A DNA stretch of 63,763 nt, counting the filler, from Folioceros fuciformis (Eukaryota), in the NCBI GenBank assembly GCA_049999805.1. It is 25 parts of 25 records of this genome, joined end to end, with 100 filler letters (N's around TTAATTAATTAA, not from the genome) between each part and the next. Parts side by side here need not be neighbours in the genome. Positions count along the whole stretch, not along the records: positions 1 to 4,309 come from JBNGIO010007022.1; positions 4,410 to 9,923 come from JBNGIO010007023.1; positions 10,024 to 12,127 come from JBNGIO010007024.1; 22 more parts are not named here. One strand, 5' to 3'. Under the pieces are notes generated by a model. The model did not search any database. It was not told where the DNA came from and was given only the letters and a program-made list of their open reading frames with translations. Positions within the stretch are counted from its first letter, which is position 1, and every line of letters begins with the position of its first letter. Position numbers and translations under genes: made by a program. Below are positions 1 to 12,227 of this stretch, piece by piece.

Positions 1-1
1 C

Positions 2-3000
2 ATTTGGAAGACAGCTGCGGAGAAGTATGGGGACAGAACCGCGCTGCTGGATCCTCATCGCACCCCTGCAACCACAGTGTCGTATAAGCAGGTACAGAAG
101 TTGTTTGTCGTGTTGGGGTGGGTTGGTCTTGGAGCAGTCGTGGAGACTGATGGTGTTGCTGTGTATGTGTGTAGTTGGAGCAAGCCATATTGGACTTTGC
201 GGAGGGGCTCAGGGTTTGCGGGATTCATCCGGATCAGCATGTGGCCCTTTTTGCAGACAACTCACATCGGTGGTTGATAGCTGACCAAGGTGTGTGTGTC
301 GGTTTGGAATGTGGAGAACGTGTGGTGGTGGAGAATTGTGTCTGATGGGCCCTGCTGTGCAGGCATCATGGCTGCGGGGGCTGCCAATGCTGTGAGGGGG
401 TCAAGGTCGTCCAACGATGAGCTCTTTCTCATTCTCGATCATTCTGACAGGTTGGTAAGTTGTTTCCTATCCGCCACTAGCCCAGGAGCAGGCTCGACCG
501 TTCTTTTTCCTTGACGCTTCTCTTCTTGCTCATCACATTTCGGGAGTTCGTACCATGGCAGCGTGGCGCTTGTTGTCGATAATCCAGAGCTGTTTAACAA
601 GCTAGGTCCACGATTGAAGACCGTGCAAAGACTGAGCTTTGTGGTGCTCCTGTGGGGAGAGAAGGAGGCTTTAACAGGAGCCGACTCTTTCCACATTCCC
701 ATCTATTCTTATTCTGAGATTATTGCTTCTGGGCGTACAAGCCGGCAAGCGCTTGCCGCGGCCAATCGTTCAGGTGCAAAACGAGTCCCGTTTGTCACGC
801 TGCTTAGCTGTGGCCAATCCGTTGTCTGAATGCCTTTGGTTTCCAATTCGCAGGAGTTCAAAATGATGTCATGCGTCCTGATGATGTTGCGACCATTGTC
901 TACACCAGTGGAACCACTGGGAATCCCAAGGGAGTCATGCTCACGCACGGGAACCTGTTGCATCAGGTACAAGTTGCTTCTGTTCACGAGATGTCGGGAG
1001 CCCCGGGCTCACAGCAATATCCAGGTGACTTGGAGCTGTGTAGACCCTGGACCTGACTGTGTGCCTTGGATTTGCTTGCCAGGTCGTCCATTTGCATCAT
1101 GTTCTTCAGCCAGGTCCCGGAGACAAGATTTTGAGCCTGCTTCCTCCTTGGCACATGTACGAGAGGGCAGCTGAGTACTTCATCCTTGCCAATGGTGTGG
1201 AGCAGGTGTACACAGTGGTGCCACGTTTGAAGGTGAGCCACTCGAAGCAGATGTTCAGAGTTGATGTTCATTTCGAACACCAGAGTTTGAGCTTAAGGTC
1301 TGGTGTTTTGCTGCAGGATGATCTGGCTTTCTATGCACCAGATTATTTCATTGCTGTTCCCCTTGTGTACGATATGCTATACAGGTAATCTCTCGACAGA
1401 CGAGCTACCCTCTTTAGACCATTAATTGGAGATTCTCTGCTCATAGATTGATGCCCCGATGGTTCTGTCTTGCTGGTGTGCATGCAGTGCAGTGCAGAAG
1501 AAGCTTGAAGCTGGCTCAGAGCTACGGAAGATGATTGCTCTTGGGCTCATCAGCATAAGCCTGAAGTACATGGACTGCAAGCGCATTTCTGAGGTTGAGA
1601 CCGTTCCTTTCCTGTCGTGGCAGCAAAATGCAGACCATTTCCACTCCTACTTACTGTCCTGTCTTTCGTAGGGAAGAGCATTGTCACAAGTAGCGGGGAC
1701 ACCGAATCCCCTTTTTGCAGCTGGGGAATGGACTAGGGCTGTAGCTATGGCCTATCTGTTGCTCCCACTACATGCGTTGGCGCAGAAACTTGTGTATACC
1801 AAAATTAGAGCAGCGCTCGGTATTAAGAAGGTGAGGTTCCACGTTGTCTTGTCTTCTTTGAGTTACAGGACCGCTTTGGGTTGATTTGGTTGTTGTTCAA
1901 CGATGCACAAGTGAACACTACGTGCGTGCGCTCCTTTCAGGTAGGCGTCAGTGGTGGTGGAAGCCTTGCAGGCCACATTGATAAGTTCTTCGAGGTCAGG
2001 ATGAGTGCCATTCGCTGGCTGCAGAATGTGCTATCTCTCTTTCCGGTACCTTGTAAGGATGAGAGTTTGCGTCTGCGTTGTCCGCAGGCTATCGGCATCA
2101 CAGTGGTGAATGGGTATGGTCTGACAGAGACTTCTCCCGTCCTCGCTGCGCGTGTCCCTGAGAACAACGTATGTTTTCAAGGGTGTTTCTCATTTGCATA
2201 TCCTACTGCTCCGGGAAGGCCCTTGTCCTCGTGAGTTACAACTTGTTGTTTATCAGGTTCTGGGTACGGTTGGGAAGCCTCTGCCTTTCACAGAAATCAA
2301 AGTGGTGGATTCGGAAACTGGTAAGACTGTTGCCCCTGGCGTGAGGGGCACTGTGAAAGCTCGAGGCCCTCAACTTATGAAAGGCTACTACAAGGTAGAG
2401 CATGTGTCTTTGCGGCAGCACTTTCAGGAATTGATAGAAGGAAGGAGCATTGTGGTTTTGATGGCTTGCATCTTTTATGCGCAGAACCCCCTTGCAACGA
2501 GTAAGGCAATTGACGAAGACGGTTGGTTTGACACGGGTGACCTAGGATGGCTGGCTCCTGAATCCCAATCTGGTTCAGCTCGGAACTGCGGCGGCACACT
2601 GGTCTTGGATGGTCGAGCGAAGGATACCATTGTGCTTTCGACAGGTAGAACGTGTTGGAAAATCATGCGATAATTTTGCATACTGCCGCATTCTGATCTC
2701 CTGACCTACATGCGTAGGTGAGAATGTGGAACCAACACAGATCGAAGAGACAGCGATGCAGAGCAAATTGGTTCATCAGATAATGGTTGTGGGGCAGGTG
2801 GGCTGATGTCATGGTACCCTTCCATCTCCAAAGATGACCAAATTTCCCTTCCAGCAAGAGATGTTTCTGCTAACACTTGGAAACGCAGGATCAACGTCGG
2901 CTGGGTGCGTTGGTTGTTGTGAACAAGGAGGAGCTGGAACGGGTGAAATCGAAGCTCAGCAAGTCTGCAGAATCATCAGAACCAAGCCAGGATGACCTCC

Positions 3001-3362
3001 GAGTACTTGTCAGAAGTGAAATAAACAAGTTGTAAGTCACGTCTTATCTAATTGCCCCCAAGGAGTCTTAGCACAGCCTTCATAATTCCTGACACCGCTG
3101 TTTCTGGCCAGCTTGAGAGATGGGAGCTTCACCCTTGGAACTGTAGCTCTCCTTGAAGATTCATTCACGGTAAGGACCTGTTTCAGTCTCTCGTTTCGCG
3201 ATTCATGCAATTGCTATGAGGAAGATGACGTGTGATCTCTTCTCTGTTCATGTTCAGATCGAGAATGGGCTCTTGACACCAACTTTGAAAATCCGGAGGG
3301 AAGCTGTAACAGCCCAGTACAAAGACACGATCAGTGCTCTGTTCAAGCAGATGAAAATCTGA
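2..3362 (+). CDS. AAE16: Long-chain acyl-activating enzyme, AAE15/AAE16 type (plastid acyl-ACP/CoA synthetase); multi-exon, 5'-partial
   Basis: Spliced exons give [50 protein letters not shown], the AMP-binding motif [57 protein letters not shown] and [14 protein letters not shown]. Many short GT-AG introns; TGA at 3360-3362. Confidence 0.9.
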
Positions 3363-4309
3363 TTGATTGGTCCACTACCCGACTTACGCAAGTGCATATG
3401 AATCCCGAGCTCAGTGTGAAGCTACTACTCACACTATCCACGACAAAACATAAGTTATTGTCTACTCGTCATCGTTAAGAGAAAAAAAAATTTAGTCTGC
3501 CAACGAAGGCAATGGACTGAAAGCTTGTACAGGTGGTCTTTTTCTTCCGCTCTAGTTGTACCAACAATTTCGGACTGTATCCCGTGGTGTAAACACAATT
3601 GATGTGATTTCATACATACATCTGTAATACGCGAGATTCTTGAGTTGTGTTCTTTTCTCACTCCGCTGTCCGAACCGTGTTCTTCTTCTTGTGACAAAGT
3701 TTGCGAATCTGCTGAGGATGATAAAAGTGTCTCACATTCTTGTTACCTGCTTGAACTCTTTGCTCTGTTGAAGATGAAAGCTTCCACGGCCGTCACGGGT
3801 TTGAGATGGCTGAATTGCGTAACTGTGACATTGCATTTCCCAAGCCCTAAATTCGTTTATTTCTTGGTTTGAACTATCCTGCCGGTCTCGCTCTGTACCT
3901 CGTTCGGGACGGACATCTGGTGTTTGCCGAGATCTGACAAGATACTTTCGAAATTGTGGCTGCTTCAGCCATCAACTTCGGGATATCTAATCAAATCTCA
4001 ACAAGAAGGCTTGTGCAAGCTCAACCAGAGCCTCGATGCAGCAGACCGGTAAGGTAATGCCTTGAAGGAGGAGATAGAGAATCAAATATGTGTGGTGAGA
4101 CACGACGTGGAGACGAGACTGCAACTGAGACAGATCGGGTCGAGCATGATTTGCAACAAGAGCACGGTGAAAATGAACAACTGAACGATGACTTTGGACA
4201 GAAGAGGGAAGACCTGCGCAAGGCATTATCGGATGCTTAGGTGGAGAATGATGAAACAAACGCTAGGAGAAGAAGCAAACTGTTCTGCTGGGGAAAGAGA
4301 GGTCATAGT

Positions 4310-4409
4310 NNNNNNNNNNNNNNNNNNNNNNNNNNNNNNNNNNNNNNNNNNNNTTAATTAATTAANNNNNNNNNNNNNNNNNNNNNNNNNNNNNNNNNNN
4401 NNNNNNNNN
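4310..4409. other. Artificial contig linker (44 N + TTAATTAATTAA + 44 N), first of 24
   Basis: The same 100-bp linker, with stops in all six frames, also starts at 9924, 12128, 14635, 16027, 18000, 20264, 22302, 23751, 29926, 31933, 33242, 35594, 36883, 38453, 40991, 49477, 52320, 54066, 56099, 57980, 59254, 60891 and 62295. Confidence 0.98.
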
Positions 4410-6354
4410 CATTGATCAAGGGCACGATAGCGGGGGGAGGTGTCATCCCTCACATCCATAAGTCCCTCATCAACAAGTCGTCGAAGAAGGACTGAAGTGA
4501 GTGGGAAATGTTCAAGATCTAGCATGCTTTGGTCGTGTGAAGTATTTTTAGGGGAACCTGTGCGTCGTCGTTTGCGGTTCCCCTTTCCAATTTCGGTGAC
4601 GGAAAGTTTAGGCTCACTAGGATTTGCAGAGGGGCGTCGTTACCCAATGGCATCGAGGCTTTTCAAGATCCCCGAACTTTTAACTAGAACTGCCCGGACA
4701 CGTTTCTGTCTAGCCCTTGAGCTTGAAGGTTCCAATGGTTTGTATGCTACCTGTCTACTTGAGATCCCTGGTCCCCTCCGTACAGGGTCCAGAGGGCTTC
4801 AGAGTCAGATACTTCAGCTGATGCTCGCTGCGTCCTCCTACCGAGTATCAGATGACACTTTCACTTGTATTTGCCAACCGCTTCGATAACAAACTCTTGC
4901 GGAATCCAGATATTTTGCTTCATATATATGCGTAACGACTTTGCTGTGTGCCGCATCGCAAGCCTGGCAATCTTGTGTCTAAAAAGTAGAGCATCAATCA
5001 CAACCGCAGGGTGTGTAAAAGGAGGGCTTTGTGACATGGTCGGCCGTGGAAAGCACCTGTCACAGTGCCAAGCAAAGCAAAACAGAGGTGGCAACTGTAC
5101 ATAAGCAGTCGACAGTGCTCCGATGACACAAGGCGGCCACAAATCCAACCATTCGGACTCGGAATACACCGAACTTGCAGCAATGGATAGCAGAATTCAC
5201 AATCACTCGTCGAATTTAGAAAACCCCAGTGCAAAGCTGCAGCAATGGAAAGCAACGGTCACAATCCCATGAGTCGGAATTACAGGTTCCTGGTGCAACT
5301 TGCTTGCGGTAGAATCACATGCTCCCGGTGGAACTTGCTTGCAGTGGTAGACAGTGGTCATGATCTCAACTACTCGGAATTGGAGGAGCCCGGTGGATGT
5401 TGAAGCCTGCCATTAAGCAAGCAGCAGTCACAATCCCAACCAGTAGGATCCTACATGAGCAACCGGATGAAGAATGTTCCTAGTGGACTATGATCACAGT
5501 GGTGAACAATTCCAGGCTGCCCGAATCACAAGACCGGAGTTGTTGCAACAGCTTCTGAGACATGTGCTTTGCTCAGAGTGCAACAGCTGCTTAGCTTTGC
5601 CACTTCTTGTAGCAGCTTTTCAGCTGTGCCAGTGACTGCAACACCTTCTTAGCTGTGCAGTGCAAAGAGAGCTTCACCGATTTTCTGCAGGCTTTGCAGG
5701 CAGGAGAAACCTGAGGGGGCCAGAATCCGGACAGTTCACAATCACATCTTGCCGGAATCAAAGGACCGAGGTTATTTCAACTGCTTGTGAGCTGTGCTAG
5801 CTATGGTACCACCTTCTTGGCTACCTGTGCTTTCACATTCTATTCTGCCTGGTTTCTAGCAGCCTTGTGTACAGCTCCGTATTACAAAATCTGTCTGCTT
5901 GGTGAACAGTGTTATATCCCACCGTTATACAACACCATGTATATCTGTTTTTAATTTACTCAATTTTAAATCTCATCATGTTGAGTTCAGCTAATTTCTC
6001 ACTTAGGACCTGAACAAGCATCGAACATCCTCTTCTTCTCATGGAGGACGGAGAAAGCCTTTCAAAGACGACAAGAAAGCGAAGCGGGAGTGATGGGGAG
6101 AGACACGAACCTGTCACCGTCTCCGGTCTGGTCTAGAAGGAAACAGTCCTACACAAGTCACCTCAAGCCAGGTAACCGTAGACGGATATAGTAAGATTAC
6201 AAAGCGTTCACTGGCCAGTTTACTTCACCGTCTCTGACATCGTCGAGTATTTTCTGGTGAGAAACAGTACAGTCTCCGCTGCATTGTCATCACCCAGCTG
6301 TGATGAAGCTTATCCAAATCTGATTAGATCTGAACTCAAAGCAGTACGTTGATC

Positions 6355-6380
6355 CGTGCCGTGCCGTGCCGTGCCGTGCC
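6355..6380. repeat. (CGTGC)n pentanucleotide microsatellite
   Basis: About five consecutive CGTGC units. Confidence 0.85.
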
Positions 6381-7208
6381 CTCTTCAACCTCTCGATCCA
6401 TGCGTTTTGCGTAATAGTATCCACCGGCTCCATGCTGCCCTCCAAAGCTAAAAGCAGTAGAGATCCGGAGCAGAACGCAAGGTAGCTGTCAGGAGGCGGA
6501 ACCGGAGCAACCGCATGTAATCACACAGCCGGGGGTCTCATCGGGAAACATGCACAGTGTGATTCCTGGTAGAACACGATGACACGAGGTCGCTTAAATT
6601 AAGCCACGCCGTCGCCGGAGTACCTTAAAAGATGGACAACGACTCCATGCCCAGGACCCAGGACCCAGAACACAGAACCCAGAACCCAGCACTCCGCCTG
6701 AGTCCCAGTAGGTGAAGAAAATCGCAACAGGTAGTCTGGCGCGCCAACTCCACGGCACCAACCGCAAAACGATGCGCAACGGCGCCAAAGTGCTGCACTA
6801 CTGTTGCTGTCGTCCTCCAGGCATCAGACGCATTTCGGGCTGGCTACGAATCACGTCCCATCCCTGTGCCTGGGATGGGCTCTTCCATCCTCCCATTTCC
6901 TCTGATTCAGTGACAAAAGGTGATGGCAATGGAGCAGGCTCTTTTGCTCGGCTCAGCTCCTGTGGAGAGCGACAGGGTGGACAAGACCTGCAATGAAGAA
7001 AGTTGCATCGTACAGGTCTCATCGTAGAGAAATTGGGTAGCTGAAGTAAATGCTCAAAAGCAGGTGGGATGCTCGAGTGGTCGTTTAAAGGGCGCCCCAG
7101 CAACACGCAATCCCTGCCTCGCAGATTGTCATGAGCGGAGTGGAACCGAGGATGGTAGCCTGCAAAACCCAGTGCGTGATTCAAACTCGACCCTTCAGAG
7201 AAAATAAA

Positions 7209-9297
7209 ATGGTGCCCTCTAAGAGCTCACTCCTGCCTGAAGCATGGGGCCTGATGGCGGTGCTCGTGGGGATCATCAGCTGGGGATCGGCAGCCCCGAT
7301 GCCTGCTCCGGACTTCGCTCTGTGCCAGCCGGGGTACTTCTACCCGCTGAATGTTTCTGTGGAATGCTGCCCTGTGCTGCCCCAGAGAAAGGTGAAATCT
7401 TTTACCTTCGAGGAATACGGAGGGAAGCAGAGGAGACTCCGAGTGCGCAGGCCCGCGCATCGCCTGGACGCAGCGTACTGGGAGAAGTACAACCGAGCCT
7501 ACCAGCTGCTGCAGGAGCTGCCGGACGACGACCCTCGCTCACACGTGCAGCAGAGATTCGTCCACTGCGCGTACTGCGATGCCACCTTCCCAATGCCTTG
7601 GGGCAGCGGGGATCCGACCACCCCGTTCGTGAATCCCACTGCCCTGTATCCCAACGAGACTCTGCAAGTGCACTACGGCTGGCTCCTGTTCCCCTGGCAC
7701 CGCTGGTTCCTCTACTTCCACGAGAGAATACTCGCATCTTTGCTGGGGGATGAGGATTTTGCTCTCCCCTTCTGGAACTGGGACAACCAGAATGTGGAGC
7801 CCGGGTTTCACTGGGCTCCCAGTATGATGCCACAAGGATACGTGTCCGGGGAGTATCCCTTCCTGGCCAAGGCCAACCGCAGCGAAATGCACCAGCCGCC
7901 GGCTGTGGTGGACCTGAGGTTCAATCCCTTCCATGTGCAGCTGCCTTTGCCTGCGCTCTCAGATGATGAAATTCGGGAAAGCAACCTTGCCATACTGCAT
8001 CAGGTAGAATGACTTGGAAGGAATGTGTGCTGGTATGTCACATGGTTGCGGATGCTTTCTGAGACGCTGTCTGTTGCGATTGTTGGATGTGGTTCAGGCC
8101 TTTGTGAATGGAGCCACCACGGCGGATCTCTTCCTAGGAAGGCCCGTTCGAGCAGGAGATGCGACGCGGGACATCAGCTCAGGAGGGCAGGGGCTGCCCG
8201 AGGCTGGGCCACATGACGTTGTTCATCTGTGGACGGGCAGCGAGAAAGTCAGATATTTGGCGGACATGGGTACCTTCTTCTACTCGGCAAGAGATCCCAT
8301 GTTCTTCGCCCATCACGGCAACCTGGACCGCATCTGGAATGTGTGGAAGGAGCTGGGAGGGTGGAGGCGAGACCCCGAAGATCCCGACTTTCTCCAAACC
8401 GAATTCGTTTTCTACGACGAGAACAAGGACCTGGTGAAGGTGCGAGTTGGCGACGGCCTTGATACCTGGAAGCTCGGCTACACCTACGAGGAGGTGCAGA
8501 ATCATGCATACCATTCCAGTCTCCGTCCTTGATAAATCTCAGTCTGCAGCAGAGGTGCCATAAATGCTATAATTCCTTCCATCATTCCCCAGACCCCAAT
8601 TTGAAGAGCCAGGCTGCAGGTCGCTGACGGAGATGCCCGGTGGATTTCCTTCAACGCCACTCCTTGCTCCGATTTCAAGACGCCCCGACAGAAGGAGGAG
8701 TTCGTTGACAGCCTGCCTGAATGGAAAGACGTGAAGAAGCAGGACAAGCACCGAGGGCGGACTAGCTACTGGAGCGAGGTTCCCCTGACCGTGAGAGTGA
8801 AGAGGCCAAAGCGAAGACACCGCAGTGAGACCAAGACTTCTCTCTCCCACACTAGCAGAGCCATTGAAGTCGCTTCCTGCAATCGCTTGAGCTAACCTGG
8901 TCTCACATGTTGCGAACCACGGCTGCCACCTGCAGGTGAAATCAAAGACGAAGCGTTGATACTGGAAGGAGTTCAAGTGGACTGGAGCAAGGCCGCTCAC
9001 TTCCAGGTGTTCCTCATGCTGGCAAACGCGAGCTCCAGCGCCGATTGTAGGGTGACTTGTGCTGAGTTCACTGGCCTGTTCACCACTGTGCCCCGCACGA
9101 TGTACCAGGAGTTGTATCGCCACAAGAGAGTCACCTTCAAGCTGGGAATCGGGAACAAACTAAAGCAGCTGGCTGCCACCCACCTCTCACAAGTTGCGGT
9201 CACCATTCTTCCAGGACGACAGCACTACAGCTCCTTCCGAGATGCATCCCCGCTGAGAATCAGCAGAATCAAGATCCGGCATGAAACGTTGTCGTGA
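7209..9297 (+). CDS. PPO: Polyphenol oxidase (type-3 copper, tyrosinase/catechol oxidase); 4 exons, signal-peptide type
   Basis: Exons ~7209-8003, 8098-8493, 8620-8824 and 8936-9297. CuA: HCAYC...QVHYGWLLFPWHRWFLYFHERIL. CuB: EAGPHDVVH...RDPMFFAHHGNLDRIW. DWL-like region (DPDFLQTEFVFYDEN) and KFDV-like region (AHFQVFL). Hydrophobic N-terminus. Confidence 0.93.
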
Positions 9298-10023
9298 TAG
9301 CACAAACAGCGATGGTCGAGACGGAACTCTCAGGTGGGCGGCTCCTATTTCTCGGGCCCAGTTCGCTAACTAAATTACATACATATATGATAGCAAGCTA
9401 GATTATTCATCACCAGTCACGTGATTCGAACCCAGACCATTTATGTCCTAGAGCTCACCGACAGAACCAAGACGACAAACCGGCAACGATTTAAACTTCC
9501 AGTTTTCATTTGCAGCCGTACCCAGTCCCGAATCGGGTCTCCTACTCATGTAGTGTTGTTTCATGTGAGACGGCTACGCACGATGTGTGCTCACGAATCT
9601 TCGACTCCAAGGACCGTGATCTGTCTTTGCTTGTTGTGGAGACGGAGTCGGCCACGTAATGCGGTGCGGGAAACGGGGAATACTGATGCGCCGAATCTGG
9701 ATGAACGTCCATTACGGGGACGGCGGTTGGACGGTCCCGTTTCCCGTTTTGTGACAGGGAAACTAAAAGACGAAATGCGGAGGTAGCGTGTCGTGCTGCA
9801 GCCGCACTATAAGATCCGCGACAAATGGCATCACGGCAGCCGCACCAGAGATAATCTAGGCCGGGCGCCAGGCGCCCGGTCTAGAAGCTACCACGAAAGG
9901 TGAGAGAAAGTGAGTGGGCGTGGNNNNNNNNNNNNNNNNNNNNNNNNNNNNNNNNNNNNNNNNNNNNTTAATTAATTAANNNNNNNNNNNNNNNNNNNNN
10001 NNNNNNNNNNNNNNNNNNNNNNN

Positions 10024-10868
10024 ATCGATATAATTCAGTATTATTGCCAGCAACTCGAAATATGTATCATGCTCTAAGACATGAATATCTAGATAATTTG
10101 ATCTCTCTCACTATTCCTATGAATGGAGATGTGGTGCAAACAAGTAGTGGAATACCATCACAAGCAACTTTTCGTTCAGATGTGTCAGAAGTTATGGCTG
10201 AAATTGTTGATTTCCTCTATTCCATTGATGGAAAATTCATGGTCAATATATATCCATTTTTTGCCAATCTGTATGATCCTAATTTTCCCCTTCCTTATGC
10301 ATTTTTTAATGGGAATGCCAATGTTAATGGATATTCAAATGCTCTCATTGCAATGTACGATATGGTTGTCGCTGCATTAAGACAGATAAACTTTGGCGAT
10401 ATGGAAATCATATTAGGTGAAACAGGATGGCCAACATCCGATGGTCCCAATACAAATATTAGCAATGCACAAAGGTTTAATCAAGGGTTTTGCAAATTTT
10501 TAAATAGTAAAGTGGGTACTCCCTTGCAACCCAACAAGTCTATACAAGGCTATTTATTTGGACTAGTCGATGAAGACCTAAAATCAACTGCACCAGGTTT
10601 GTTTGAGCACTCATGGGGATTGGCTTATATAAATGGTACTCCCAAATACCCTCTGCATTGTGGTGTCCACAAACATAAAAGAAGATCTCATTCTTCTCAT
10701 AAGCCTAGTTCTAGTCATGCTCTTTTGCCAAATGATTATAATTATAGCTCACTACCACTCAATGATGCTCTTGCACCAAATGCGTCGGACGCGAAACGAT
10801 ATGCTGAAAAATTAGCTATTTCATTATGCCTTTGTGTTGTGGCTCTTTTCGGCATGCTTTTTTTGTGA
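10024..10868 (+). CDS. Glycoside hydrolase family 17 beta-1,3-glucanase, 5'-partial, probable GPI-anchor/TM tail
   Basis: FMVNIYPFF, MEIILGETGWPT (nucleophile Glu) and YLFGLVDEDLK...FEHSWGL...GTPKYPL. C-terminal hydrophobic stretch LAISLCLCVVALFGMLFL; no X8 domain. Confidence 0.9.
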
Positions 10869-11539
10869 TCCATGTGTGTTACAGCATGTTCGATTCTAAG
10901 ACTTGCAACAAAGCTCGTCTACAATGCATATAGGCATGGAGGAGAGTAATACTAAGAATAGGGACAAAAGAGAAAGTTACATTCGAACAAAATAAGTAAG
11001 ACTTTTCATCTCACTAAGTTAATGAGAAAAAAATCTTACTTATTTTAGTAGTTAGAATATGATAGAAGGTGTTACAAAGCTCTTTTAAATAAAGAGTTCA
11101 GTTGTTACTTTTGTTTTTGGATTTTGGTGATCCGTGGATCCAAGGGATGGTGAGAGGTTTCTCTCCACTCTACAAAGTCAATAAAGTATATGGATGGTCT
11201 TGTCTAGAGTCTGGGCAAAGTTGCAGTATAGTTATTTGGAGTCCGTGCAGAGCTAGTTTAAAGGGAATTAAGATGGAGTTTGAGAGCTTGCAAAGGCACA
11301 TACTAAGGGAAGTAGTTTTACTAACCATTATTCAGAAACTTGTTATTGAATAAATCTAGATTGCAATAATAATTTTGAATATTATGGGACATAACTTCAC
11401 CTATAGTAGGATTTGTTCCATTTGAAACAAATTTGTAAGCCAAATGTTAGAGAATATCGGGCTCAAATCTTTGGACTACTTTGTTTCAACATGTGCATGG
11501 TGCTTTTGCGGACATGTTTGCCGAAAGACCAAAGCAAGT

Positions 11540-11800
11540 GATGAAGAGGAGGAAGAAGAAGGGTGTGCCTAGCTAACATTGGCTAATCCTTGACTTCAGG
11601 CTGCTAGCATGATATGATGGTCCATCTTGCATGGCACGCACATGGGCGCGCCACGTAGCGCGGTAGGTTTTGTATCCTCTAAACCCACTGTATCGTCATA
11701 TTGTTCCCGATGTGATTGCATCGTGAAGAGTGCATGGAAAGACGATTGCGAGAATGACCATTGACCGTTTGGATTTAGAGCAAAACTCCATTTGTGTGGA
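11540..11800. repeat. Dispersed repeat shared with ~50295-50720
   Basis: Shared colinear blocks: GAAGAGGA..GAAGAAGGG, TAGCATG.TATGATGGT, TAGGTTTTGTATC, ATGTGATTGCATCGTGA.GAGTGC and ACCGTTTGGATTTAGA.CAAAAC. Confidence 0.7.
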
Positions 11801-12227
11801 CATACATATGCGTGTAGATTGTTCTACGAGTAGGAGGATTGAGGCTTGGGCAAATGAAACGGAATGAACAAATTGCTTGTAAAAGGATTTGCAAGCGACT
11901 CATTGAGCTTGGTTTCAATACAAGATATGCTTACACCTGGCCTCAATCTTCTTGCTTGGAAGACGAAATCCTAAGAGGAGGATAGAGGCCAAGCATGAGT
12001 AGGAGGATTGGGAGCAGGTTGCAATCCTTACGAGGGCCATTGTGCAAGCAAGAAGAAGGAGGCTTGGCCTTAATCCTCCTATGCACGGAAACTTAGAAAA
12101 CATGAGCAAGAGGTTCACGAGTAGAAGNNNNNNNNNNNNNNNNNNNNNNNNNNNNNNNNNNNNNNNNNNNNTTAATTAATTAANNNNNNNNNNNNNNNNN
12201 NNNNNNNNNNNNNNNNNNNNNNNNNNN

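Noticed and set aside
3960-4309. Possible decayed coiled-coil coding sequence after the AAE gene
   Set aside because: Stops and a frameshift, no recognisable family; too weak to annotate.
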